Source of the DNA: Candidatus Anstonellales archaeon
Lineage (GTDB): Archaea > Micrarchaeota > Micrarchaeia > Anstonellales > J096
Length of the DNA: 64,000 nucleotides
Reading direction: 5' to 3'
Assembly (NCBI GenBank): GCA_038890615.1
Contig: JAWAFI010000001.1
Coordinates: 34,611 to 98,610, forward strand
Shown: positions 27,962 through 37,070 of the stretch, one piece after another
How positions within the stretch are numbered: the stretch's first letter is position 1
Layout of the letters: the number at the start of each line of letters is the position of its first letter
Made by a program: the position numbers and the translations under genes
The notes under the pieces: model-generated
The model's database searches: none
Told to the model about the DNA's origin: nothing
Seen by the model: the letters and a program-made list of their open reading frames with translations, nothing else

Positions 27962-30676
27962 ATGAGCAAAAAAGCCATAATTTTTATCTTACTATCAATA
28001 TCACTTTCTTGGCAGGAATCTAGCATAAACCAGAAGGAAGTATGCTTTTCCCAGTGCATGGCATACCACTTAGCTTGGAAGCAAGATCCTGTATACCGCC
28101 TAATAGAAAGCCAGTGCTCAATAGGAAGCGGGGATCTGCTTATGGAGATGGCAAATGCATGGGCAGCTTATGTCACTAGGGAATTTGATTTCCTTACTAT
28201 TGCAAATGCCTGGGTATGCAAGGTAAACATAGACACGTACATAAGGCCATTTGTAAGGGGATGCAACTATACCTGCAATGTGGATGACACCTTTTATGCG
28301 CCAAACCTAGTAGTTGCAGGCGAAAGAATTTACTACAACGAAAGGGACAAGAAGCTTAGGATAACGATTCTCAATTCAGCTTTCTCCTATCTTGATAGCG
28401 CTGAAGTTTATGTTTATGCTGGCTATGATGATGAGATAAATGCCAACCCAGGGAATATGAAGCAGATAGGCCATGTGAAGCTCAACTGCTTCACTCCTGT
28501 TGAGCCAAGGATAATCCCAAATTCATCTTGCTGGTATGAGAAAACTTTTGAGGTAGATTGGTCCCATGAAAAGGATATGTTCAATGTTGTGAGGATAGTT
28601 GCAAAACCTTCTAATTCAGAAGTTGTGGAATCAAGCACTAAAGACAATGCTTACACTTTTATACTAAACGACCTGCCCTTGCCTCCAGACATAAAGATTG
28701 ATGGTATCAGGCATAGGCGCCTTGAGCCAGAAACGAACTCATTCAGGATATCTGTTGATGTCAGAAACACAGGAGAGCAAACAGGGAGCGCATGCATAAG
28801 CCTTTACTATGGCAGCTACCTAAACAATGAAAAGGCGTATCATGAATGCTTTGATATAGGGAGGGACGAAACAAAGTCTTTTGAAAGGGATGTAATATTC
28901 AGCACCCCATACCCAGATTTCATAACAATTACGCTGGTAGATGGCCAAAACAATATGGTTGGCTACGAAGTGGTTTACATGCGCCCCCAGCTTTATACAA
29001 TCATGGGCACTGTGAGGGATGAAAGAGGGAATGCAGTAGAGAACGCTTATGTGTATATAGGCGATGGGAAGATGGCAGTAAATACCAATGCAGATGGCAC
29101 TTACATCATAAGGTTCATAAGCACAGAAGGAGACTATTCAATAACCGCACAGAAGAGAGGGTATTTTAAGGACAAAAAAGATTTTTCTATAAGCTATAGT
29201 ATAGATGAAGATACTGTTGAGAACAAAGCATGGGTTGTTGAAAGATACATATACATTGATTTTGTGGTAAAGCAGTATCCACTGGACTTATACATAGGCT
29301 ATCCTTCTGATGGTTGGTACAACATAAACACCAATAAGGGGCAGTACAGGGGGAGGTATATTGAGCTAAACGCCACCAAGGGCGGAAAGAGAATGATAAG
29401 CATACCAGCAGAAGGAAGCAATGGAACTATTGTAGTAACCTCACAAAACTGCTCAGCTTTGGTAAGAGACTTTTCAGCTAAGCCTGAAGAAGCGATAAGC
29501 TCCACTTTGCTAAACGCATCTGGCTCTTACGAGTCTTATGAATATTCTCATGAATTGCCTATGGGTGTAATAAAATGCATGAAGTTTGATATAGATGATG
29601 AATATACACCATTGGAGAGAAAGCAGCTTGTGTTTGAGAAGAGCTACGAAGAAGAGACGCCGCATATTGCAGTATTCAGCAAGAACGGGAAGCGGTTGTA
29701 TGTGCTTACTGTAAGCAAAAGCACAAGCATATGCAAGGTGCATTCATATGACTTGAAGAGTGGAAACCTGATTTACTCAAAATCACTTGAAGCAAAATGC
29801 TTAGGCAAGTACAGCTCTAAGTTGATACCTGCTTACGATGGCTCATCGTTGTATGTTGGCATTGGAAGCAACAGGGAAGGAAAGGGCAAAGGATATATAT
29901 TGGCTGAAGATGGAGGGATAAAAGAAGAATGGGAATGGCCAGAGTATGTTGAATCCCTTTCCTCCTCATCAGCCACAGACCAACTTGACTTTATTTTGGA
30001 AAGCAGCGAAGGCGTGCTATATTCCCCTGGTTATGGATATGCAGAGAAATGCATGCTCTCTGCTGGATATGACTGCAATGCAACAAACATGGGTATTTTA
30101 GTCAAGAGGCTTGGGTTGTCTAGGAACAGGGCAATAGGGGAATGCGGGGAAGAGCATAAGCTTTGTATATTTGTGTTGAACTCACCTTATGCATATATCC
30201 TAAGCGATGACTTATACAATGACGAAGAAGCTCAAGGCAACTACGCAAACGATGATGTATTTACTATGAAGTATAACGAGGTAAAGTATTACAAAGACGG
30301 GAAGGAAAGATGGAGGCAAACAGGAAGCTTTAATGGCATATCTGTTTCTCCAGGAGGCAGGTATCTTGCCATTTCGCATGAACCATACGGAATTGAGCTA
30401 TTCCGCACAGATTCATTTGCACAGCCTATACACATAGAGGGTATTGAGTATTCCATGCCTATTGGTATGGAAGCCACTGAGAGCGGCATCTACTATGCTG
30501 AAGCAGGGGCAAAATGGATAAAGGTTTATTCGCTGACAAACATAGTAGAGCCCAAATCAGAAACAGTGATAGCAGGCGAAGGAAAGGCAACTGGCTTTAT
30601 AGAAGGCATAATTGAAGCAGCAAAAGAATTGCTAAAAGAAGCAGTTGAGTTCATAAAAAGAATCTTTGGCATATAA
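27962..30676 (+). CDS. Secreted multidomain protein (CARDB/Ig-like, carboxypeptidase-regulatory-like, beta-propeller-like)
   Basis: Signal peptide; VRNTGE; GTVRDERGNAVENAYV...TNADGTY; FSKNGKRLY and VSPGGRYLA blades. Confidence 0.75.
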   Translation: MSKKAIIFILLSISLSWQESSINQKEVCFSQCMAYHLAWKQDPVYRLIESQCSIGSGDLLMEMANAWAAYVTREFDFLTIANAWVCKVNIDTYIRPFVRGCNYTCNVDDTFYAPNLVVAGERIYYNERDKKLRITILNSAFSYLDSAEVYVYAGYDDEINANPGNMKQIGHVKLNCFTPVEPRIIPNSSCWYEKTFEVDWSHEKDMFNVVRIVAKPSNSEVVESSTKDNAYTFILNDLPLPPDIKIDGIRHRRLEPETNSFRISVDVRNTGEQTGSACISLYYGSYLNNEKAYHECFDIGRDETKSFERDVIFSTPYPDFITITLVDGQNNMVGYEVVYMRPQLYTIMGTVRDERGNAVENAYVYIGDGKMAVNTNADGTYIIRFISTEGDYSITAQKRGYFKDKKDFSISYSIDEDTVENKAWVVERYIYIDFVVKQYPLDLYIGYPSDGWYNINTNKGQYRGRYIELNATKGGKRMISIPAEGSNGTIVVTSQNCSALVRDFSAKPEEAISSTLLNASGSYESYEYSHELPMGVIKCMKFDIDDEYTPLERKQLVFEKSYEEETPHIAVFSKNGKRLYVLTVSKSTSICKVHSYDLKSGNLIYSKSLEAKCLGKYSSKLIPAYDGSSLYVGIGSNREGKGKGYILAEDGGIKEEWEWPEYVESLSSSSATDQLDFILESSEGVLYSPGYGYAEKCMLSAGYDCNATNMGILVKRLGLSRNRAIGECGEEHKLCIFVLNSPYAYILSDDLYNDEEAQGNYANDDVFTMKYNEVKYYKDGKERWRQTGSFNGISVSPGGRYLAISHEPYGIELFRTDSFAQPIHIEGIEYSMPIGMEATESGIYYAEAGAKWIKVYSLTNIVEPKSETVIAGEGKATGFIEGIIEAAKELLKEAVEFIKRIFGI

Positions 30677-30728
30677 TGGGCAAAAGGCAAAAGATAAGTT
30701 TAAAAAATATTAGGTAAAATAGAGCTTC

Positions 30729-33401
30729 ATGAAAGCAGTAGCTTTTGTAGTTTTCCTTCTGTTGGCTGGTATGACCTTTGCGGCAACATGCACTTGCTCT
30801 GATTGCGATTCTTGCTTTGAAGCGCTAAACAATGAAACCTGTGATGCTGTCCAACTTACGCAAAATATAGATTACCCAAGCACCTGCATAGACAACCCAG
30901 AAGGTTTCTCAAACAAGGTTCTTGATTGCCAGGGATACCGTATAGAGGGGAAAGAGGGGGCTGGAAGCGGAGTATATGTGTCAAGCAAAACAAACGTTAC
31001 TGTAAAAAATTGCGTCATAAGTGGGTTTGAAAATGGAATAAAGCTGGAGTACGTAAACAACAGCTCAGTGTTGAACAACACTGTGTACAACAACAGTAAT
31101 GCTGGCATTTATGTTTACTACTCAAAAAGCAACACAATATCAAACAATACGCTTTCCAACAATAGCGTATATGGTATATATATGATAGCTTCACACTACA
31201 ACATAGTAGAAGAAAACAAGATCTACGGTAATCATGAACTAGGGATAAACCTTGTCTATAGCAATAACAACGAAATAAGGAATAACGAAATACAAACCAC
31301 TAGCATAGCAATTTTACCCTTCTGGTCAGATTCAAATACATTTGAAAGCAACATCATTAATAACTCAGGATACGGCTTTGATTTACAGGTTGGCACTCAA
31401 AATACTTTTAAAAACAACATAATAACCCACTGCTCACAAGGAATAAGGCTGCTATATGCAAACAACACATCGCTTATAAACAATACACTGCACACCAACG
31501 GTTATGGCATTGATGTAGACAAATCCCATCACAATACCTTTACAAGGGATTCTGTATACGACAACCCAATAGGTGTGATTATAAGGGAAGATTCATCAAA
31601 CAATGTTTTCATAAACGAGCTCTTTGCTGGGGCTTCTGCAGGAACAAACCCAACAACTGTAAGCTTCACTCATGTGGGAAGTGTCAAGCTCAAAGGCATC
31701 TCATATACACAACCAGAGCCTCCAGGTTATTATTATATAGGGAACAAGTACATAATAGAGGCTTCTAATGGGTCTGTCTCTGCTGAGCTCTATCTCAACT
31801 TCTCTTACTCTGATTCAGATCTGGGTGGAGTTGATGAATCAACTTTAAGGGTTTCAAGATATTCTGAAATTGATTCAAGCTGGGAAACTGACACAAGCAA
31901 ATTCGCATCTGAATATGGGGTTGACACAGTAAATAATGTAGTTTATGCCAAAATAAATGTCTTTGGAAGTATATTTGCGCCTTTGGGGTTGATTTCTCAA
32001 AACCAGCCGCCAACAGTAACCCTAAACGAGCCACTCAACAATAGCTACATAAACGAAACCTCTGATGTGGAATTTACATTTACAGCTGTGGATGATTCTA
32101 CCTTTGTGTTGAATTGCACTCTTTATATTGACAATACACCTACACAGACAAAGTATGTAGTAAACAATACATTAAGCAGCATAATAGTGCATGGCCTTGG
32201 ACCTGGGCACTATAGATGGTATGTGAATTGCAGCGATGGGGAGCTTAATGGAATATCAGAGACAAGGGATCTTTACATAGTGAATGTGCCGCCAGTTATT
32301 ACTATAGTAAGCCCAGCAAACAACTCATTGCTTCCTTCAGGCACAAAAGAAGTAACTATAAACATTACTACAAATGAGAACGCCGTTTGCCAGTGGAGGC
32401 CAGGTGAGGATTTTGAATTTGGAGCAGGTAATTCCTTTGATCAGACTGGAGAAAAAGTGCATCTCATAGAATTATTCGGACTGGATGATGGTGAGAATTT
32501 CATATTCTACTATAGGTGCATGGATGCCTATGGAGCTGTTAGCGAACCTGCAGTGCATGTCTTTGGCGTTGCAATGCCCCAAGTTGGAGGAGGAGGCACT
32601 GGAGAGAAAGCACACCGCCTATACATATTTCCAATAGACAGCATAAGCGCAAAGGTTGGGGAGATCAAAAATGTTGAAATAAAGGTAAAAAACAAAGGAG
32701 ACTACACAGAAAGGAATGTAGTGGTTGAGCTTAAATGCCCATCCTCTTTGTCATGCGGCTCTGCAACCATTGGCACCTTATTGCAAGGGGAAGAAAAGGC
32801 AGCAAGCATTCAGATAAGCGGAAGCTCAGTGGGAAGCTTCAGGGTGGATGTTTATGCAAAAAGCGACAGCACATCTGCTTCTGAGGACTTCACATTCGTA
32901 GTAAGGGCAGAATGCATGGCTGACAGCGAGTGCGATCCCAATGAGAGGTGCGTAAATTCAATATGCGTAGAGAAAGTAGAGGAGCCAAAGCCAGAATCAG
33001 AATGCATGGCTGACAGCGAGTGCGATGCCAATGAGAGGTGCTTAGATGGAAAGTGCATTGAGATATCTTGCACCTGCGGCTACGTTTTGGACCATAAATG
33101 CATAAAATACGAATGCTGCGAAGACAAGGAATGTGGAAGCGGGAAGGTTTGCATAAACCACACTTGCCTAAATGCCCCACCAAAAGAAGAGAAGCCACCA
33201 GAGGTTGACCAACAAGGGCCACAGAATCCTCCTAGCAGCGCAGGGCAGGCGGCTCAGCAGCAAGAGCAAGCCGGGGATCAAGGAAAGCAAGAGAAGAAGG
33301 AAGAGCAGCCAAATTTAATAGGCTTGGTTTTGCTTGTAGCAGTAGGGGTTTTAATATTAGGAGGGGCTGCAGCTTACTTGGTCATGCAAAAGAAAAAGTG
33401 A
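30729..33401 (+). CDS. Surface protein: beta-helix (NosD-like), Ig-like domains, Cys-rich repeats, C-terminal TM anchor
   Basis: N-terminus TCTCSDCDSC..ALNN...KVLDCQG is paralogous to 4745-9235; NNTI/GIY repeats; TM followed by QKKK. Confidence 0.85.
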   Translation: MKAVAFVVFLLLAGMTFAATCTCSDCDSCFEALNNETCDAVQLTQNIDYPSTCIDNPEGFSNKVLDCQGYRIEGKEGAGSGVYVSSKTNVTVKNCVISGFENGIKLEYVNNSSVLNNTVYNNSNAGIYVYYSKSNTISNNTLSNNSVYGIYMIASHYNIVEENKIYGNHELGINLVYSNNNEIRNNEIQTTSIAILPFWSDSNTFESNIINNSGYGFDLQVGTQNTFKNNIITHCSQGIRLLYANNTSLINNTLHTNGYGIDVDKSHHNTFTRDSVYDNPIGVIIREDSSNNVFINELFAGASAGTNPTTVSFTHVGSVKLKGISYTQPEPPGYYYIGNKYIIEASNGSVSAELYLNFSYSDSDLGGVDESTLRVSRYSEIDSSWETDTSKFASEYGVDTVNNVVYAKINVFGSIFAPLGLISQNQPPTVTLNEPLNNSYINETSDVEFTFTAVDDSTFVLNCTLYIDNTPTQTKYVVNNTLSSIIVHGLGPGHYRWYVNCSDGELNGISETRDLYIVNVPPVITIVSPANNSLLPSGTKEVTINITTNENAVCQWRPGEDFEFGAGNSFDQTGEKVHLIELFGLDDGENFIFYYRCMDAYGAVSEPAVHVFGVAMPQVGGGGTGEKAHRLYIFPIDSISAKVGEIKNVEIKVKNKGDYTERNVVVELKCPSSLSCGSATIGTLLQGEEKAASIQISGSSVGSFRVDVYAKSDSTSASEDFTFVVRAECMADSECDPNERCVNSICVEKVEEPKPESECMADSECDANERCLDGKCIEISCTCGYVLDHKCIKYECCEDKECGSGKVCINHTCLNAPPKEEKPPEVDQQGPQNPPSSAGQAAQQQEQAGDQGKQEKKEEQPNLIGLVLLVAVGVLILGGAAAYLVMQKKK
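32908..33041. repeat. 44-bp direct repeat (32908-32951 and 32998-33041), one mismatch
   Basis: cagaatgcatggctgacagcgagtgcgat[c/g]ccaatgagaggtgc, encoding ECMADSECD[P/A]NERC. Confidence 0.9.
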
Positions 33402-33456
33402 ATTTTTCTCTCGGCAAAGGGCAAAACTTAAAAAGCGATGTGCACATAGAGAAGGT

Positions 33457-33516
33457 GCTGGCGCTTGCTCTGCCCCATAGGTGTGGGAGCCTAGCAGGGG
33501 AAAAGAAGGCGCTGGT
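33457..33516 (+). promoter_or_regulatory. Candidate structured 5' leader of nrdJ
   Basis: Nested complementarity GGCGCTT/AGGCGCT, CTCTGC/GCAGGG, TAGGT/GCCTA, lying between a TATA-like CTTAAAAA (33427) and the AGGTGG Shine-Dalgarno (33518). Confidence 0.4.
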
Positions 33517-33528
33517 TAGGTGGCATTT

Positions 33529-36060
33529 ATGGCTGATGCTAGACTCATTGGAAAAGGAGAGAAAACTAGGGAATTAGGGAGCGCAGGAATGGAGGCAATG
33601 TTTGCATACAAAAGCAAATTAGCGGAGAAATGCCCTGAGAGGTGGATTGAGAACTACAAGGAGCTTTATGCTTACTTAAAGGGCATGCAGGAAAGGGGGG
33701 AACTGCCAATCCACCCAAACTATCTAGGGGATAATGAATTGGCTAAGAGCATATATGAGAAAAAATATTATCTTAAAGACCTTAAAGAGAACAAAATAGA
33801 AAGCTGCCCTGAGGATGTTTTTGTTAGGCTTGCCTCATTCGTAGCAGCAGTGGAGGGGGATATAGAGCAGGCAAAGGAGCTTGCAGCAGTTTTCTACAGG
33901 CAAATGTACGATGGCCTTTGGCTCCCTGGGGGCAGGGTAATTGCAGGCGGAGGGGATCTCTACAGGCTCAAAACGTTGGCAAACTGCTTTGTTACTAAGA
34001 TAAAGGAGGACAACATAGAAAGCATCTACACTGCAGCATATGAGGCAGCAAGGACATATTCATATGGTGGAGGGATAGGAATAGACATAAGCTGCCTAAG
34101 GCCAAAAGGGAGCGTGGTTCATAACGCAGCAGACAGCTCAACCGGCTCTGTCAGCTTCATGGAGCTCTATTCAATGACTACCGGGTTGATAGGCCAGAGC
34201 GGGAGAAGGGGCGCATTAATGATAACAATAGATGTGAAGCACCCTGACATACTGGATTTCATAAGCATAAAGAGCGTGCCAAACTGGGTAACAGAGCAAA
34301 TAATACAGCAGCTCAAATGGAGCAAGAAGTTTTCAGAGGATGATCTGGAGGAGATAAAGAAGGCAATAATGGAGAATGTGCAGGTTAGGTTTGCTAACTT
34401 GAGCATAAAATTCAGCGATGAATTCTTCATGGCGCTGTTAGAGCAGGAGAAGTATGGAACTGAAGCTTACGTCTTATACAAGAAAAAGGAGAAAGGAAAA
34501 ATAATGGACATTTACCAACAAGAGAAGGTACATTACAGCTACGGCATACCTAGCAAAAAGATAGAGAATTATGAGTTTATTGGAGCATTCAGCACTATTG
34601 ATGAGCTTAATGATTACCTAGGAAGCACATACCACTACAAGGTGGAAGAGGCAGACCTGCTTGACCCAAAGAAAAGGGATGTGTATGGGGATTATGTAAT
34701 AGAAGCAGAGAACTATGGTTTTGACTTGGCAATAAGGAAGGCAGGGGACTTCCTGCTCTATTTTGGGAGCGAGCAAACAGGCAGCATAAAGAGGCTCATA
34801 AAGGCAAGGAAGATTTGGAATGCCTTCCTTGAAGGCAACTACAGGGCTGCAGAGCCAGGGCTTATATTTTGGACTAGGATGAAAAGATATAGCCCGAGTG
34901 ATTATGTTGGGAGGCCCATACTAGGCACAAACCCATGCAGCGAAGTGCCCTTGGAAGATGGGGGCGCTTGCAACCTAGGTAGCATAAACCTTAGCAGGTT
35001 TGTCGCTAACCCATTCAAGGAGGATGCAGAGATAGAATGGGAGAAGTTAAGGGAAGCAGTAAGAGGTGCAGTAAGATTCTTGGACAATGTGGTGGAATGG
35101 AATATATACTTGCATCCATTGGAAAAGCAGAAGATTGCATCAAAGGAAACTAGGAGGATAGGGTTGGGGGTTATGGGCATAGCAGACATGTTCTTCCAGC
35201 TTGGGCTGGGGTACGACAGCGAGGCAGGGTTGGCTGTGTTTGAGGAAGTGGCAAGGTTCATAGCAAATGAAGCTTATAAGACAAGCGCTGATTTGGCAAT
35301 GGAAAAGGGCCCTTTCCCAATCTACAAGTTTGAAGAGTATTGCAGAAACCCGTTCTTTCTTGAAGCGCTCAACCCTGAGACGCAGGTGGAGATACAGAAG
35401 AAAGGGCTAAGGAATGTAGCTCTGCTAAGCATAGCACCTACTGGCACAATCTCAAACATAGCAAAGAGCTTTGAGCTAAATGACAACAACTACTTTGGTA
35501 TTTCAGGGGGGATAGAGCCATTGTTTGCTCTATTCTATTCAAGGAGGAGCGAAAGCTTTGGCAACAGGGTGTTCAAAGTCTTCCACTCAACTGTGCAAGC
35601 ATACCTGGACAGCAAAGGGATAGGCAATCTTGCACAGGAAGCAGCAGGCATAGAGGAGCTTAAGCAGTTCCTTCCTGAGTACTTCTTCAGGACAGCCCAT
35701 ACATTAGACCCTACTATGAGGGTTAGGATACAGGGAATTGCGCAGAAGTACGTGGACCATAGCATAAGCTCAACTGTGAACCTTGCAGAGGACATAGAGC
35801 CAGAGGTAATAAGCAAAATATACATTGATGCATGGAAGCACGGTCTAAAAGGCATAACGGTGTACAGGGAGGGAAGCAGGTACCCAATACTCAGCACAGA
35901 TGGGCCACCAAGCAACTTTGCGAAGTACAAAAACAAGAAATTCAAGATAAGGAGCAACGGGAACGAGATAGTAGGCAAGGGGAGCGATGTTTTGGTCCTT
36001 CCTGACGGGAAGCTTACAACAGTGTACCACTTGCTTGTGGAAAAGGGGATTGTAAAGTAG
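33529..36060 (+). CDS. nrdJ: Class II (adenosylcobalamin-dependent) ribonucleotide reductase, catalytic subunit
   Basis: PGGR, LANCFV, GGGIG, RRGA, TNPCSE, ACNLGS, RRIGLG, IAPTGT, SISST and KGITVYR; ATG at 33529 follows the GGTGG Shine-Dalgarno. Confidence 0.93.
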   Translation: MADARLIGKGEKTRELGSAGMEAMFAYKSKLAEKCPERWIENYKELYAYLKGMQERGELPIHPNYLGDNELAKSIYEKKYYLKDLKENKIESCPEDVFVRLASFVAAVEGDIEQAKELAAVFYRQMYDGLWLPGGRVIAGGGDLYRLKTLANCFVTKIKEDNIESIYTAAYEAARTYSYGGGIGIDISCLRPKGSVVHNAADSSTGSVSFMELYSMTTGLIGQSGRRGALMITIDVKHPDILDFISIKSVPNWVTEQIIQQLKWSKKFSEDDLEEIKKAIMENVQVRFANLSIKFSDEFFMALLEQEKYGTEAYVLYKKKEKGKIMDIYQQEKVHYSYGIPSKKIENYEFIGAFSTIDELNDYLGSTYHYKVEEADLLDPKKRDVYGDYVIEAENYGFDLAIRKAGDFLLYFGSEQTGSIKRLIKARKIWNAFLEGNYRAAEPGLIFWTRMKRYSPSDYVGRPILGTNPCSEVPLEDGGACNLGSINLSRFVANPFKEDAEIEWEKLREAVRGAVRFLDNVVEWNIYLHPLEKQKIASKETRRIGLGVMGIADMFFQLGLGYDSEAGLAVFEEVARFIANEAYKTSADLAMEKGPFPIYKFEEYCRNPFFLEALNPETQVEIQKKGLRNVALLSIAPTGTISNIAKSFELNDNNYFGISGGIEPLFALFYSRRSESFGNRVFKVFHSTVQAYLDSKGIGNLAQEAAGIEELKQFLPEYFFRTAHTLDPTMRVRIQGIAQKYVDHSISSTVNLAEDIEPEVISKIYIDAWKHGLKGITVYREGSRYPILSTDGPPSNFAKYKNKKFKIRSNGNEIVGKGSDVLVLPDGKLTTVYHLLVEKGIVK

Positions 36061-36068
36061 GTGATAAA

Positions 36069-36698
36069 ATGCATGAGATAAGCACTCTTGATAACTTGGA
36101 GTTTGAGGAGCTCATTGAGACGCAGAAAGGCAAGGAGATGATAAAGGCAAAGCAGGAGCAGAGGCCATATGTGCTAAGCTCAAGGGTTTACAAGCTGAAG
36201 AGCGTTTTTGTTGATTATGCAATTTATATAACGCTTTCTTATATTGAGGAAGAGGATGGCACCAAGAGGCCTCACGAGATATTCATAAACAGCAAGGACT
36301 TGAGCAGGGCAGCAGAATACACTGTGCTGACTAGGCTGATATCAGCAATATTCAGGAGGAGCGAGAATCCAACATTCATAATAGAGGAGCTAAAGAGCAT
36401 CTATGACCCAAACGGGGGGAGATTCAAGGATGGGAAATACATAGCTTCAATATATGCAGAGATAGCATATGTGCTGGAGGATTTCTTTGCTGAATTGGGG
36501 CTTCTGAAGAAGAAAGAGCCAGTAAGCACCACCTTGCTCACCTTTGCCTATCCTAACATATTTGAAGGGAAGAAAGAGGAGAAGGATGTGAACCTTTCCC
36601 TAAAGATATGCCCGAAGTGCAACCAGAAGACGCTTAAGGTGGAGAATGCGTGCCTTACATGTGTAAATACTGAATGCAATTATAGCAAGTGCGACTAG
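36069..36698 (+). CDS. nrdJb: NrdJb-like (TSCPD domain) RNR C-terminal subunit with Zn-ribbon
   Basis: RPYVL, IYIT, RPHEIFINSK, LTRLISAIFR, EELKSIYDP; C-terminus CPKC...CLTC...C.YSKCD. Confidence 0.85.
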   Translation: MHEISTLDNLEFEELIETQKGKEMIKAKQEQRPYVLSSRVYKLKSVFVDYAIYITLSYIEEEDGTKRPHEIFINSKDLSRAAEYTVLTRLISAIFRRSENPTFIIEELKSIYDPNGGRFKDGKYIASIYAEIAYVLEDFFAELGLLKKKEPVSTTLLTFAYPNIFEGKKEEKDVNLSLKICPKCNQKTLKVENACLTCVNTECNYSKCD

Positions 36699-36771
36699 CT
36701 GTATCTATAGATACAAAAAGGCCAAAGGCAAGGCAAAGCTTTTTATATTGTTATGATAGAGAGCATTTTTT

Positions 36772-37068
36772 ATGAAACTGCCAATAGCTGAATTGAGGAA
36801 AGGCAAGTTTGAAGGGGAGGTCCAAGGCACCATAGTAGAGATGGGCGAAGCAAAGGATGTAATGAGCAGGTATGGCACTAGCCTAAGAGTTGCAAACGGT
36901 GTGCTTGAAGACGAAAGCGGCAAAATAGGATTGGCGCTCTGGAACGATGACATAGAAAGGTTCAAGCCAGGAGACAGGGTAAAGATAACCAATGGCTATG
37001 TTTCTGAATTCAGAGGGGAGCTAAAGGTTTCAGGAAGCAAAGGCGTGCCTATAGAGAAGATTGAGTAG
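36772..37068 (+). CDS. Single OB-fold ssDNA-binding protein (SSB/RPA)
   Basis: IAEL, VAN..LEDESGKI.L.LWND, GDRVKITNGYVSEFRGEL. Confidence 0.9.
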   Translation: MKLPIAELRKGKFEGEVQGTIVEMGEAKDVMSRYGTSLRVANGVLEDESGKIGLALWNDDIERFKPGDRVKITNGYVSEFRGELKVSGSKGVPIEKIE

Positions 37069-37070
37069 GT

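Noticed and set aside
33402..33528. Cobalamin riboswitch upstream of nrdJ
   Set aside because: Too short and lacks a recognisable B12-box; kept only as a generic structured-leader candidate
36058..36071. Stop-codon readthrough joining nrdJ and nrdJb
   Set aside because: The downstream gene is in a different frame and has its own GGTGA Shine-Dalgarno
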